Shown here in pieces: positions 21,659-32,571 of a DNA stretch of 64,000 bases (position 1 is the first letter of the stretch; every line of letters starts with the position of its first letter). The position numbers and the translations under genes were made by a program. The stretch lies in NCBI GenBank assembly GCA_963977185.1, contig CAXBNV010000001.1, forward strand, positions 118,619 to 182,618. Reading direction: 5' to 3'. This DNA is from an uncultured Gammaproteobacteria bacterium. Lineage in GTDB: Bacteria; Pseudomonadota; Gammaproteobacteria; JAGOUU01. The notes below the pieces were generated by a model. It worked only from the letters and a program-made list of their open reading frames with translations. It did no database searches and was not told the DNA's origin.

Positions 21659-21746
21659 GGAGAGGTGGCTGAGCGGTCGAAAGCGGCGGTCTTGAAAACC
21701 GTTGAAGGGCAACCTTCCCAGGGTTCGAATCCCTGCCTCTCCGCCA
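21659..21746 (+). tRNA. tRNA-Ser(UGA)
   Basis: Acceptor ggagagg/cctctcc. Anticodon loop cuUGAaa. Long variable arm. 3' CCA. Confidence 0.88.
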
Positions 21747-21754
21747 AAACATTA

Positions 21755-21991
21755 TTAATGTAGCCCTTCTAGATTCTCGTAAAAATTATCTGAGCTTTTA
21801 AAATATTCTTCTTTTATTACTTTAAGCTGAGATTTCAGAAATTCTTGAGTAGTTTTAGCTCCAATTACAGATATTAATGCCGCAATAGCTGCATTTGTTA
21901 TGTCATATGTTGCAAGCTCTAAATCTTCTCTGGTTTTCGGATTGCATTGATGAATATGATTTTCAATTGCAAAAACAGCTTTCATAAACAT
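21755..21991 (-). CDS. Hypothetical small protein (78 aa)
   Basis: ORF with no recognisable motif. Abuts the tRNA-Ser(UGA) 3' end. Confidence 0.4.
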   Translation of the reverse strand: MFMKAVFAIENHIHQCNPKTREDLELATYDITNAAIAALISVIGAKTTQEFLKSQLKVIKEEYFKSSDNFYENLEGLH

Positions 21992-22104
21992 GTCCTTTTT
22001 TGTATAGTTGTTAAAAATTAATTATATAGACTATGGAATAAATTAAATTTGTGATTTTTCACAGTATTAAAATGTCAAAAAATCATATAAAATGATCAGT
22101 TAAT

Positions 22105-22938
22105 ATGTGTATTAAAAATAACAATAATAATAAAATGCATAATATCGATTGGAAAAAACACTCTTCATTTTTGTATGCTGATCAAATACAAAAAATTATG
22201 GAGCCCTTAGATAATAAACTTAATATAAATTATTTTAGTTATATTAAGCAGTTTAATAATAAATCACGTATAGTTTTAACTAATTTCCCCAAGTGGAATA
22301 AATTTTTTTGCGAGTCTCAATATTATTTAAGACCTAGTAGCTTTGTAAAATCTATAGATATTGATAATGATTATTCAAGCGGTTTTATTTTAGGATATAA
22401 AGATAAATTTTTAGCAGATATCGCAAAAAATAAATTTAATCTAGATAGAGGAATTTCTGTTATATATAAAAGGCCTGATTTTTGTGAGTTTTTTCATTTT
22501 GGCACTGTAGATAAACATGATTTGCCAGAGAGTTTTTACTTAGATAACTTGAGTTTTTTAAAAAAATTTATATTATATTTCAGAGAGCAGGCGTTTAAGT
22601 TATTTGAACATTCTGATTTGATAAAATTTACTGAATTTAAAAATCTAAAATATATTAATAATCAAAATAAAGAAAATAATCATTTAATAAAAATAAATAA
22701 GCTTTATTTTTATATAGGCAATAAATTAAAATATTTTACTAAAAGAGAAGTAGATTGTATTATTTATCTATTAAAAGGTCTTCCGGCTAAAACAGCTGCT
22801 GATAAATTAAATATATCTAAACGAACTTATGATGCTCATATTGAGAATATTAAATTTAAGTTAGTTTGTAACAAAAATTCTGAAATAATTTTTATTATTG
22901 CTACGTTAGGATTGTTAAGCGATATTCTACAATTTTAG
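22105..22938 (+). CDS. LuxR-family transcriptional regulator with C-terminal HTH and N-terminal ligand-binding-like domain
   Basis: C-terminal REVDCIIYLLKGLPAKTAADKLNISKRTYDAHIENIKFKL matches the LuxR/FixJ-type HTH. The roughly 200 aa N-terminal domain contains W/Y/D-rich segments. Confidence 0.55.
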   Translation: MCIKNNNNNKMHNIDWKKHSSFLYADQIQKIMEPLDNKLNINYFSYIKQFNNKSRIVLTNFPKWNKFFCESQYYLRPSSFVKSIDIDNDYSSGFILGYKDKFLADIAKNKFNLDRGISVIYKRPDFCEFFHFGTVDKHDLPESFYLDNLSFLKKFILYFREQAFKLFEHSDLIKFTEFKNLKYINNQNKENNHLIKINKLYFYIGNKLKYFTKREVDCIIYLLKGLPAKTAADKLNISKRTYDAHIENIKFKLVCNKNSEIIFIIATLGLLSDILQF

Positions 22939-22950
22939 TTTTTTTTTGAA

Positions 22951-23013
22951 TTAAGCTAATCTTTAATATTTGGTTATTTTTATTAAAGATTGGCTTAATT
23001 TTTCATTTTTTTA
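22951..23013 (+). terminator. Rho-independent terminator after the LuxR-type gene
   Basis: 18 bp stem ttaagctaatctttaata / tattaaagattggcttaa with one G-U pair. 12 nt loop. Followed by tttttcattttttt. Confidence 0.5.
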
Positions 23014-23027
23014 GGAGTAATTACGAT

Positions 23028-23315
23028 ATGACAAATCAAACAGTTAATACTGTAAAATCGGTTGTTGGTACTACTTTAGGTATTGCTGCGCCGTTAATGT
23101 TTATGATAGCTACCGCACCTTTTTTTAAAGAACAAGTTAAAAGCGATGCTGTCTCAAAACAACAAGATCTTTTATTTCATGTACTAGCTACTTGTAGTGC
23201 AGGATTTCTCTTGTCATTTTTATATTCTCTAAAAAAAGAAGATAATTTTAAGGGAAAGAAGCAAAAGCCAAAAGTTAAAAAAGCTCGTGTATATCGTGGA
23301 GGATGCCATATATAA
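23028..23315 (+). CDS. Hypothetical small membrane protein (two transmembrane helices, basic C-terminus)
   Basis: ORF with RBS aggag. Hydrophobic segments IAAPLMFMIATAPFF and LATCSAGFLLSFLY. Confidence 0.45.
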   Translation: MTNQTVNTVKSVVGTTLGIAAPLMFMIATAPFFKEQVKSDAVSKQQDLLFHVLATCSAGFLLSFLYSLKKEDNFKGKKQKPKVKKARVYRGGCHI

Positions 23316-23442
23316 TATCTTACGTGCTTATTTTAAGATGTCTTGAAATAATAATATTTATTGATGTTATATCCAGTTGACAATAAAGCCAAATTACGTA
23401 ATATAGATTTATCTTAAGATATTAAATATTATTTGGGGTTAT

Positions 23443-24318
23443 ATGCAAAAATCAACAGTTATTACCAAAAGAGGCCTAGCTCAAATGTTGCAAGGCGGCG
23501 TTATTATGGACGTTGTGAATGAAAAAGAAGCAAAAATTGCAGAGCAAGCAGGAGCTGTTGCTGTTATGGCCTTGGAGCGAGTTCCATCTGATATAAGGGC
23601 TCAAGGTGGTGTTGCAAGAATGAGCAATATTGAATTGATTAAGAAAATTAAGGATACAGTTTCTATTCCTGTTATGGCTAAAGTGAGAATTGGTCATTTT
23701 GTTGAAGCTCAAATATTAGAGACTTTAGATATTGATTATATAGATGAAAGTGAAGTTTTAACCCCTGCAGATGATATTTACCATATAAACAAACATAACT
23801 TTAATTTACCCTTTGTATGTGGTTGCAGAAATTTAGGTGAGGCATTAAGACGTATTTCTGAGGGAGCCTCAATGCTTAGAACTAAAGGTGAAGCTGGTAC
23901 TGGTGATATTGTTGAAGCAGTAAGGCACGCAAGGGCAGTTAATAGCGAAATAGCAAGGTTAAAATCAGCTGATAAAAATGAGTTATATAACATAGCTAAA
24001 GAATTACAAGCACCAATTGAATTAGTTCAAGAAATAGCTAGATTAGGAAAACTTCCTGTTGTAAATTTTGCAGCCGGCGGAATTGCTACTCCTGCCGATG
24101 CGGCGTTAATGATGCAATTAGGTGTTGATGGTGTTTTTGTTGGGAGTGGCATTTTTAAATCAAGTGATCCTTTAAAAATAGCAAAAGCTATCGTCGCTGC
24201 AACTGCAAATTATGATGATCCAAAAATTATTGCTGAAGTAAGCGCATCTTTTGGAGAGCCAATGCGTGGTATAGCAGTTAACACAATACATCATAGTGAA
24301 TTAATGGCGCCAAGATAA
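23443..24318 (+). CDS. pdxS: Pyridoxal 5'-phosphate synthase lyase subunit PdxS
   Basis: GGVIMDVVN...[13 protein letters not shown]...[11 protein letters not shown]. 291 aa. Followed by pdxT. Confidence 0.93.
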   Translation: MQKSTVITKRGLAQMLQGGVIMDVVNEKEAKIAEQAGAVAVMALERVPSDIRAQGGVARMSNIELIKKIKDTVSIPVMAKVRIGHFVEAQILETLDIDYIDESEVLTPADDIYHINKHNFNLPFVCGCRNLGEALRRISEGASMLRTKGEAGTGDIVEAVRHARAVNSEIARLKSADKNELYNIAKELQAPIELVQEIARLGKLPVVNFAAGGIATPADAALMMQLGVDGVFVGSGIFKSSDPLKIAKAIVAATANYDDPKIIAEVSASFGEPMRGIAVNTIHHSELMAPR

Positions 24319-24325
24319 TATTATA

Positions 24326-24919
24326 ATGAATAAAATAGGTGTTTTAGCATTACAAGGTTCTTTTAACGAGCATTATAATGCTTTATTAAAACTAAAATTA
24401 CAAAACAATTTAGAAATAGAGCCTTTGCTAGTCAGGAGTATTAATGATTTAAACCAAGTTAATTTATTAATAATTCCTGGTGGTGAGAGTACTGTCATAC
24501 GTAAATTATTAATAAAATCTGGATTGTTTGAATTAATTAAAAAGCGCATAAATAAAGATTTAGCTGTTTGGGGTACTTGTGCTGGAGCTATTTTATTAAG
24601 CAGTAATATTATAAGCTCAACTAAAGATCAGAGTTCTTTTAATGGGATAGACATAACTATTGAAAGAAATGCTTATGGAGCCGCACAAGATAGTTTTGAG
24701 AGTCAAATTTATATCCAGGAATTTGGAAAAGAAATCCCCGCCGTTTTTATTAGAGCACCTAAAATACGATCTGTTTCAGATAAAGTTGTCATAATGGCAA
24801 AGACTAATAATGAAAATATAGTAGCGGCTTATAAGGACAAATGCCTTGTTACGACGTTTCACCCAGAGTTAACTAATGATTTAAGTTTTCATGAGTATTT
24901 TGTTAAAAAATTCTCATGA
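24326..24919 (+). CDS. pdxT: Pyridoxal 5'-phosphate synthase glutaminase subunit PdxT
   Basis: MNKIGVLALQGSFNEH. Class I glutamine amidotransferase (GTCAG...HPE). Confidence 0.9.
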   Translation: MNKIGVLALQGSFNEHYNALLKLKLQNNLEIEPLLVRSINDLNQVNLLIIPGGESTVIRKLLIKSGLFELIKKRINKDLAVWGTCAGAILLSSNIISSTKDQSSFNGIDITIERNAYGAAQDSFESQIYIQEFGKEIPAVFIRAPKIRSVSDKVVIMAKTNNENIVAAYKDKCLVTTFHPELTNDLSFHEYFVKKFS

Positions 24920-24967
24920 TATATATTTATATTAAAATAAATATCTTATCTAATTAAGGCATATCAA

Positions 24968-25678
24968 ATGTACATAGAGTTATTTTTTAGTCTTTTTACT
25001 TTAACAGTGTTAGAAATAGTTTTAAGTATAGATAATCTGGTTTTTTTAAGTATAATCACTAGTCGGTTACCAATAAAACAGCAACCAGCTGCAAGGAAAG
25101 TAGGTCTAGTTGCAGCAATGATGATGAGATTGATATTGCTAGCATTAGCAAATTGGCTTATTACGTTAAAGACTCCGTTGTTTGTTTTATTTGATACGAG
25201 TTTTTCTGTTCAAAGTCTTATCTTTATGACTGGAGGGTTATTTCTTATTTGGAAATCAACCACAGAAATTCATGAAAACGTTATGGTAAACAGTGATCAT
25301 AATAAAGTAAATATTAATAAAAGCCATCCATCTTTTGCATCGGTTATTTTACAGATAATGTTATTAGACTTAGTTTTTTCTTTAGATAGTATTTTTACTG
25401 CTGTTGGCATAACACATTACTATCCTATTATGGCAACTGCTATAATTATTAGCGTTGCAATGTTATTATTTGCTGCAGAGTTTGTCTCTGAGTTTGTGAC
25501 TAATTATCCAAGTTTTAAAATGTTGGCAATAAGCTTTTTATTACTAATTGGAGCTGTATTATTTGCCGATGGTTTGGGTATGCATGTTCCAAAAGGATAT
25601 ATGTATTTTGCGATATGTTTTTCGCTTTTTGTTGAAGTTTTAAATTCATTAACTACTAGACGAAAAAAGTCTAGATAA
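24968..25678 (+). CDS. TerC-family integral membrane protein
   Basis: SIDNLVF motif. Multiple transmembrane helices. 236 aa. Confidence 0.75.
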   Translation: MYIELFFSLFTLTVLEIVLSIDNLVFLSIITSRLPIKQQPAARKVGLVAAMMMRLILLALANWLITLKTPLFVLFDTSFSVQSLIFMTGGLFLIWKSTTEIHENVMVNSDHNKVNINKSHPSFASVILQIMLLDLVFSLDSIFTAVGITHYYPIMATAIIISVAMLLFAAEFVSEFVTNYPSFKMLAISFLLLIGAVLFADGLGMHVPKGYMYFAICFSLFVEVLNSLTTRRKKSR

Positions 25679-25690
25679 ATTGGAGTATAT

Positions 25691-27376
25691 ATGGAAAAAA
25701 TTTGGCTTAAAAACTATCCTAAAGAAGTTCCAGCTGAAATTGACATAAATAAATTTGATTCATTGTATGAGTTAATAAAATCTAGTTGTAATAAATATTC
25801 AGATAAAAAAGCATACTGGAATTTTGGTGAAACATTAAGTTTTGCAGAAATATTTGATAAGTCTAAAGATCTTGCCGCTTATTTTCAAACAGTTATGGGG
25901 TTATCTAAAGGTGATAAAATAGCAATAATGATGCCTAATTGCTTGCAATATCCAGCTGTTTTATTTGCAGCTTTATCGGCAGGATTAGTAGTTGTTAATG
26001 TTAATCCATTATATACAGCAAGAGAGTTAAAGCTTCAATTAATTGACTCAGAAGCTAGCGCCATTGTTGTTTTAGAAAATTTTGCTAAAACTCTAGAAAG
26101 TGTTGCGCATGAGACTAATGTTAAGCATATTGTTGTAACAAAACTTGGAGATATGGTATCTGGTTTAAAAGGTACGCTTTTAAACTTTGCAGTAAAATAT
26201 ATAAAAAGAATGGTGCCTAGCTGGAAATTAAATCATGTTATTGATTTTAACAAGGCATTAAAAATAGGCAAGACTCTTACTTTTAAAGAAGTACCACTAA
26301 ATCACGATGATCTAGCTTTTTTGCAGTATACAGGAGGAACAACTGGGGTCTCAAAAGGAGCTATGTTAACACATGGCAATATGGTGGCCAATATATTACA
26401 AGCTTATAGCTGGATTCAGTATGATTTACAAGAAGGAAAAGAGATAGTCATTACAGCATTACCTCTTTATCATATTTTTTCTCTTACTGCCAATTGCTTA
26501 ACATTTTTGCTATTAGGCGGATATAATATTTTAATTACTAATCCAAAAGATATCCCTGGTTTTGTAAAGATTTTAAATAAATTTAAATTTACAGTGTTTA
26601 CTGGTGTTAATACTTTATTTATGGCTTTAATGCAAAATGAAAAGTTTAAGAAATTAGACTTTTCTCACTTTAAATGTACTTTAGGCGGAGGCATGGCCGT
26701 TCAAAAAAGAGTTGCGGATGATTGGTATGCTATTACAAAAGTTCCTCTTTTAGAAGCATATGGTCTAACTGAAACTTCGCCTGCAGTTTGTATTAATCCT
26801 ATGTACACTAAAGAATATAATGGCACCATAGGTTTGCCTATTAGTTCAACTGAAGTAGTTATTATGGATGAAGATCATAATATTTTAGCCCAAGGAGAAA
26901 CCGGAGAGATAGCAGTTAGAGGTCCGCAGGTAATGAAAGGTTATTGGAATAACCAGAGCGAGACTGATAAAGCTTTAACTGAGGATGGATGGTTTTTGAC
27001 AGGAGACATAGGAGTGATGGATCAAAAAGGATTCGTTAAAATAGTAGATCGTAAAAAAGATATGATTTTAGTCTCTGGTTTTAATGTTTATCCTAATGAA
27101 ATAGAGGATATAGTTGTTAGTCATAAGCATGTGTTAGAAGCTGCTGTAATAGGGGTTCCAGATAATCGCTCTGGAGAAATTATTAAGTTATATGTAGTTA
27201 AAAAGAATCCTGATTTAACCAAAGAAGATTTGATTAAGCACTGCCGTGATAACTTAACAAGGTATAAAATTCCTAAGATTATTGAATTCAAAGATGATCT
27301 ACCGAAAACTAATATTGGGAAAATTTTAAGAAGAGCATTAAAAGAAGAGCATGCTTTAAATAATAAAAATAATTAA
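25691..27376 (+). CDS. fadD: Long-chain-fatty-acid--CoA ligase
   Basis: MEKIWLKNYPKEVP N-terminus. AMP-binding motif YTGGTTGVSKGAMLTH. GDIGVMDQKGFVKIVDRKKD. Confidence 0.85.
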   Translation: MEKIWLKNYPKEVPAEIDINKFDSLYELIKSSCNKYSDKKAYWNFGETLSFAEIFDKSKDLAAYFQTVMGLSKGDKIAIMMPNCLQYPAVLFAALSAGLVVVNVNPLYTARELKLQLIDSEASAIVVLENFAKTLESVAHETNVKHIVVTKLGDMVSGLKGTLLNFAVKYIKRMVPSWKLNHVIDFNKALKIGKTLTFKEVPLNHDDLAFLQYTGGTTGVSKGAMLTHGNMVANILQAYSWIQYDLQEGKEIVITALPLYHIFSLTANCLTFLLLGGYNILITNPKDIPGFVKILNKFKFTVFTGVNTLFMALMQNEKFKKLDFSHFKCTLGGGMAVQKRVADDWYAITKVPLLEAYGLTETSPAVCINPMYTKEYNGTIGLPISSTEVVIMDEDHNILAQGETGEIAVRGPQVMKGYWNNQSETDKALTEDGWFLTGDIGVMDQKGFVKIVDRKKDMILVSGFNVYPNEIEDIVVSHKHVLEAAVIGVPDNRSGEIIKLYVVKKNPDLTKEDLIKHCRDNLTRYKIPKIIEFKDDLPKTNIGKILRRALKEEHALNNKNN

Positions 27377-27404
27377 AATTATTTTTATTACAAATTGTTA
27401 AATA

Positions 27405-27426
27405 TACCTCTATGTAAATAGAGGTT
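27405..27426. terminator. Intergenic hairpin between the convergent fadD and DciA-like genes
   Basis: acctctat-gtaa-atagaggt, 8 bp stem. Weak flanking T/A runs. Confidence 0.3.
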
Positions 27427-27441
27427 ATCTCACATCAGAGT

Positions 27442-27894
27442 TTATTTAATATTCTTGGATAATTTAAGCAAAGCTTTTTGTAGTTTAGAATGCTTTATGC
27501 TGTTTGCTAGTTTGTTTAGGGTATTTGATGATTGATCAGATAAGAAAAACTTAGTTTTTGACAAAGTTTGATTTTTATTAGTTTGATAAAGGTTTTGTGG
27601 ATTATTTGGGTTAATTACTGTTTTTATGGTAACAAGTCCTATAAAATAAGAGTTTGTTCTTAAATTTTTAATTAAATCTGGAACTGTGTATTTTAATAAA
27701 GTTAATTTCTCATTATATGGCGTTGCAATTGTTAATACGCCGTTTTTATATCCTGTAACAAAAGTGTCCGTATCTAATGGATTATCTAAATACTTTTGAA
27801 TAATTTTAGTGTAATATTTATTTAATAATGCCTGTTTGGTTAAATTTCCTAGAACTTGATCTGGGCGATTTAATATTTTATTGATAGGTTTCAT
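27442..27894 (-). CDS. DUF721/DciA-like protein (possible replicative helicase operator)
   Basis: 150 aa. Pattern KNGVLTIATPYNEKLTLLKYTVPDLIKNL resembles the DUF721 core. Sits beside the M23 peptidase-secA block, as in other gammaproteobacteria. Confidence 0.45.
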   Translation of the reverse strand: MKPINKILNRPDQVLGNLTKQALLNKYYTKIIQKYLDNPLDTDTFVTGYKNGVLTIATPYNEKLTLLKYTVPDLIKNLRTNSYFIGLVTIKTVINPNNPQNLYQTNKNQTLSKTKFFLSDQSSNTLNKLANSIKHSKLQKALLKLSKNIK

Positions 27895-27982
27895 AAAGAG
27901 TTTTTTTAAGATGTATTATAATTATAATATATTTAATAAACTAAATATATTAGATAAAAATTAAGAATAAAAGCAATTATTT

Positions 27983-28900
27983 ATGCAATTGATCTTACTA
28001 AGAGATGGATTCTCTAAAAAACACGTTATTAATGTAACACAAAAAACAATGTTATTGTTGTTATTATTTATATTCGTTATAACATTCTGTCTTTATTTTG
28101 GTTTTAATCAGACTATTAAAAAGAATTCACAACTCAATACATCCGACACTAACTCTTTGTATTCTTTAGCTAATATAGTTAATTATGAAAAAATTTATTT
28201 AGATGAACTTATTGAAGAGTCAAACATAAAACTAGATTCTATGTCAGAAAAACTTGGTACTTTAACCGCCCATTTAGCAAGACTAGACACCTTAGGCCAG
28301 CATTTAGTTGATACAGCTAATTTAGATAAAGATGTTTTTAATTTTGGAAAACTAGATGATGAAGAAGGTGGTACTCTTCATTTAGTAGAAGATAAAAAAA
28401 CTATAGATATCTTTAATACTATTGATAAAATTGAGTTATTACTTCAAGAAAAAGAAAAACAACTAGTTACACTTAAAAATTTTTTTGCAAATAATAAATT
28501 GAAAAAGCAAACTCAAATTTCGGCAAAACCTGTAGAAAATAGCCGAATTTCATCTTATTTCGGTTATAGAAAAGATCCGCTACATAGAAAATTAGCTCTT
28601 CATAAAGGAGTTGATTTTGCAGCAAAACCTGGCTCTAATGTTGCTGCTGTTGCATCAGGTATTGTTACTTATTCAGGAGTCTTTGGTAGTTATGGTAATT
28701 TTATTGAGATTGATCATGGCAATAATTATAAAACTCGTTATGCGCATAATAAAAGTTTACATGTAGCAAAAGGAGATAGCGTTACTAAAGGCCAAATTAT
28801 TGCTGCATTAGGAAATACTGGTCGTTCAACAGGACCACATTTACATTTTGAAGTTTTAAAAGATGATAAACATATAAACCCTATTAAGTTTTTAGGATAA
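27983..28900 (+). CDS. M23 family metallopeptidase with N-terminal anchor and coiled coil (EnvC/NlpD-like)
   Basis: HKGVDF (HxxxD) and HLHFEV (HxH) catalytic motifs are intact. Confidence 0.85.
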   Translation: MQLILLRDGFSKKHVINVTQKTMLLLLLFIFVITFCLYFGFNQTIKKNSQLNTSDTNSLYSLANIVNYEKIYLDELIEESNIKLDSMSEKLGTLTAHLARLDTLGQHLVDTANLDKDVFNFGKLDDEEGGTLHLVEDKKTIDIFNTIDKIELLLQEKEKQLVTLKNFFANNKLKKQTQISAKPVENSRISSYFGYRKDPLHRKLALHKGVDFAAKPGSNVAAVASGIVTYSGVFGSYGNFIEIDHGNNYKTRYAHNKSLHVAKGDSVTKGQIIAALGNTGRSTGPHLHFEVLKDDKHINPIKFLG

Positions 28901-29003
28901 TATCATATGGTTATATATAATATTATAATCATGATATAATCTTGATATTTAATAACAAAATTAGCAAAAATAACATTAATAATATAATTAAAGAGTTAAA
29001 ATT

Positions 29004-31805
29004 ATGGTTGGCGCAAGTTTTCTCAAAAAAATATTTGGTAGTAGAAATCAAAGGATAGTTAAGAAGTATCAAAAACAAGTAGTGAAAATTAATGCTTTTG
29101 AAAACTCTTTAAAATCACTTTCAGATGAAGAACTAAAGAACAAAACAGCAGAATTTAAAGCAAGGCTTGCAAAGAAAGAAACTTTAGATGATCTTTTACC
29201 TGAAGCTTTTGCTGTTGTGCGTGAGGCAAGTGTCAGAACATTAAAAATGCGCCATTTTGATGTGCAAATGATAGGTGGAATGGTATTAAATCATGGTAAA
29301 ATTGCAGAAATGCATACAGGAGAAGGTAAGACATTAGTCGCAACTTTACCTGCTTATTTAAATGCTTTAACAGGTAACTCTGTCCATGTTATTACTGTAA
29401 ATGATTATTTAGCTAAACGTGATTCTGAATGGATGACACCGGTATTTAATTTCTTAGGTTTAAGTGTTGATGTTGTTATAACCAACCAATCACCAGATGA
29501 TAAAAAGAAAGCTTATAGTGCTGATATAGTTTATGGAACTAATAATGAATTTGGTTTTGATTATTTAAGGGATAACATGACTTTTTCATTAGAAGATAAA
29601 GCCCAAGGAAAATTATCTTTTGCAATTATTGATGAAGTTGATTCTATTTTAATTGATGAAGCTAGAACACCTTTAATTATCTCAGGTCCAGCTGAAGAAA
29701 GTTCAGAAATTTATGGTAAGATTAATAAAATTATACCTGGACTTAAAAAAGGTAAAGTTATTAAGGCTGATACCGGAAAATTAAAGCCTGAGATAATAGA
29801 AGTAAAAGGTTCTGGTGATTATATTGTTGATGAAAAAGAAAAGCAGGTTTATTTCACTGAAGAAGGTCATGAAAAAGTTGAAGCTCTTTTAGTCAAACAT
29901 AATATATTACAAGAAGGAGAGAGCTTATATAGCGCTAGTAATATATCTTTAATGCATTATTTAAGTGCCGCATTAAAAGCCTATACTTTATTTCAAAAAG
30001 ATGTTGATTACATAGTGCAGGATGACGAAATAGTCATAGTTGATGAGCATACTGGTAGAACAATGCCAGGCAGAAGATGGTCTGATGGCCTACATCAAGC
30101 TGTTGAAGCTAAAGAAGGCGTGAAAATTCAAAATGAGAATCAAACTCTTGCGACTATTACTTTTCAGAACTTTTTTAGATTGTATGACAAATTATCAGGA
30201 ATGACAGGAACTGCTGATACAGAAGCTTATGAGTTTCAGCAAATTTATAATTTAGAAGTTGTAGTAATTCCAACTAATAGAAATATTCAACGAATAGATA
30301 ATAACGATAAAGTCTTTATGACAGTCGCTGAAAAATATGAATCTATTTTAGAAGATTTAAAACAAAGACAAGCAAAAGGTCAGCCAGTTCTTGTTGGGAC
30401 AGCATCAATTGAAGCATCAGAACACTTATCAAATCTTCTTAAAAAAAATAAAATTAAGCATAATGTTTTAAATGCTAAATTTCATCAAAAAGAAGCTCAA
30501 ATAATTATAGATGCGGGTAGACCAGGAATTATTACTATTGCAACAAATATGGCTGGTCGTGGTACAGATATAGTTTTAGGAGGAAGTTTGAAAGCGGAGC
30601 TCGCTAAACTAGAAAATCCTACAAATGAGCAAATAGCAGAATTAGAAAAAGAGTGGAAAGAAAATAATACAAAAGTATTAAAAGCTGGTGGTTTGTACGT
30701 ATTAGGTTCTGAAAGGCATGAATCACGTAGAATTGATAATCAGCTTCGTGGTCGTTCTGGACGTCAAGGTGATCCAGGTGAAGCTAGATTTTATTTATCA
30801 TTTGAAGATAATTTACTGCGAATTTTTGCAACACCAAGACCTAAAATGATGCAATTATTAAAAAGCACTTGTGTTGTAGGTGAAGCTTTACCTGAAATGG
30901 GTATGCTCAATAGAATGATTGAGGGAGCGCAAAGAAAAGTAGAAGGTTTTAACTTTGAAATAAGAAAACATTTATTAGAATATGATGATGTTGCAAATGA
31001 ACAACGCAAAGTTGTTTATGCACAGCGTAATTTTTTAATGGGCGAGACTAGTATTACAGAGCTTGTTAGTCAAATGTTAGCTTATTTAGTTGAAAAATTA
31101 GTAGATGCTCATATTCCTGAAGGTACTATGGAAGAACAATGGTCTTTAGATGATTTAGATAGAATTATTGAACAAGATTTAGCTATTAATGATTTTTCTG
31201 TTGTTAAATTATTAGATGAAGATCATCAATTATCTCGTGAAGATATCTCAAGTAAATTTTTGAATAAAGTTACAGAAATTTATAAAGCAAAAGAAGACAA
31301 AGTTGGTCTTGATATTATGAGACAATTTGAAAAAAATATGATGCTTCAAATTTTAGATACGGCATGGAAAGAACATTTAGTATCTATGACTCATTTAAGA
31401 CAAGGTATTAATCTTAGAGCTCATGCACAAAAAGATCCAAAACAAGAATATAAGCGTGAATCTTTTAATCTATTTTCAGAAATGTTAGATGCAATGAAAT
31501 ATCAGTTTGTAACTAATTTATTGAAAGTTGAATTATTATCTGAAGAAGAGTTAAGAGCAATAAAAGATAAAAGAAAAGAGCAGGAGAACTGGCAGCAGCA
31601 GCATATAACTTATAAGCATGATGAGCCAGATGAGTTATTGCAAGGTGATCGTGAAAATGACAATGATTCTGCAAAAAATAAAGATAACGTTGTTCAATAT
31701 CAAAGAAACCATCCTAAAATGGGTCGCAATGAACAATGTTTTTGTGGATCAGGAAAAAAATATAAGAATTGCCATGGTAGCCTTTCTGTATCTAATGAAG
31801 GTTAA
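29004..31805 (+). CDS. secA: Preprotein translocase ATPase SecA
   Basis: [13 protein letters not shown] motor motifs. C-terminal Zn-finger [14 protein letters not shown]. Confidence 0.96.
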   Translation: MVGASFLKKIFGSRNQRIVKKYQKQVVKINAFENSLKSLSDEELKNKTAEFKARLAKKETLDDLLPEAFAVVREASVRTLKMRHFDVQMIGGMVLNHGKIAEMHTGEGKTLVATLPAYLNALTGNSVHVITVNDYLAKRDSEWMTPVFNFLGLSVDVVITNQSPDDKKKAYSADIVYGTNNEFGFDYLRDNMTFSLEDKAQGKLSFAIIDEVDSILIDEARTPLIISGPAEESSEIYGKINKIIPGLKKGKVIKADTGKLKPEIIEVKGSGDYIVDEKEKQVYFTEEGHEKVEALLVKHNILQEGESLYSASNISLMHYLSAALKAYTLFQKDVDYIVQDDEIVIVDEHTGRTMPGRRWSDGLHQAVEAKEGVKIQNENQTLATITFQNFFRLYDKLSGMTGTADTEAYEFQQIYNLEVVVIPTNRNIQRIDNNDKVFMTVAEKYESILEDLKQRQAKGQPVLVGTASIEASEHLSNLLKKNKIKHNVLNAKFHQKEAQIIIDAGRPGIITIATNMAGRGTDIVLGGSLKAELAKLENPTNEQIAELEKEWKENNTKVLKAGGLYVLGSERHESRRIDNQLRGRSGRQGDPGEARFYLSFEDNLLRIFATPRPKMMQLLKSTCVVGEALPEMGMLNRMIEGAQRKVEGFNFEIRKHLLEYDDVANEQRKVVYAQRNFLMGETSITELVSQMLAYLVEKLVDAHIPEGTMEEQWSLDDLDRIIEQDLAINDFSVVKLLDEDHQLSREDISSKFLNKVTEIYKAKEDKVGLDIMRQFEKNMMLQILDTAWKEHLVSMTHLRQGINLRAHAQKDPKQEYKRESFNLFSEMLDAMKYQFVTNLLKVELLSEEELRAIKDKRKEQENWQQQHITYKHDEPDELLQGDRENDNDSAKNKDNVVQYQRNHPKMGRNEQCFCGSGKKYKNCHGSLSVSNEG

Positions 31806-31820
31806 CAGGTTAAGATAGTT

Positions 31821-32411
31821 TTATTGCACTTGTTTTGGCGAGTGCAATATAATTTTATTATTTAAATCACAAATATCAATCAAACTATCATCTTGAAATT
31901 GATTTAATATATCTACAGCATCAATTTTAGATTTAAAGATAGAATCTGTTTCTCTTAAGTTATTTAATATGTCCATAAGCTTTATAAAGTCATTTGCTAA
32001 TGAGCTATATAATTCTTTTAAGCCTTTGAAGTTATTTTGATTTGAAGTTTGAGATATTTCCATATAGGCATTACGACCAATTTTAATATAATAAGCTATA
32101 TCAACTAATCGTTTTTCTGTAATTTCAGGAAATAATCCAGAAAAAATTAAACAAGTATCCCCAACATCTCGAAGCTTTTGGCGTCGAACTAATCCTTGTT
32201 TATTTTCAGTTAGTCCTTGCAAGTAGTCGATTGCCACAATTTTATCTGCTATTTCAATTTGAGCAGTAAATCGCATTAATAAAAAAATCAAATAACTTTC
32301 AATCTCTTCATGCAATTTGATATTTTTAGACAAGGTAACTTCTTGAATAAGATCATACCACTGTGCAGTACTAGTTGGTCCAACATGAATATTGCTTTTG
32401 TTTTCAGTCAT
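31821..32411 (-). CDS. Hypothetical protein (196 aa if it starts at the ATG with the aaggag RBS)
   Basis: Strong RBS aaggagttatc ATG at 32411. The track ORF extends to 32498. No recognised motif. Confidence 0.5.
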   Translation of the reverse strand: MTENKSNIHVGPTSTAQWYDLIQEVTLSKNIKLHEEIESYLIFLLMRFTAQIEIADKIVAIDYLQGLTENKQGLVRRQKLRDVGDTCLIFSGLFPEITEKRLVDIAYYIKIGRNAYMEISQTSNQNNFKGLKELYSSLANDFIKLMDILNNLRETDSIFKSKIDAVDILNQFQDDSLIDICDLNNKIILHSPKQVQ

Positions 32412-32571
32412 GATAACTCCTTGAGCTTCAATTAACTTTAATAATTTTATTATTACTTTATATATAATAAGATTAATAATGCTAAGAATAAGTTCCATAT
32501 ATATTTAAGTTTATGAATTAACAAAACATAAAACAATAATCAAATGGCTATTTTGTATAGAGATATTCGAA

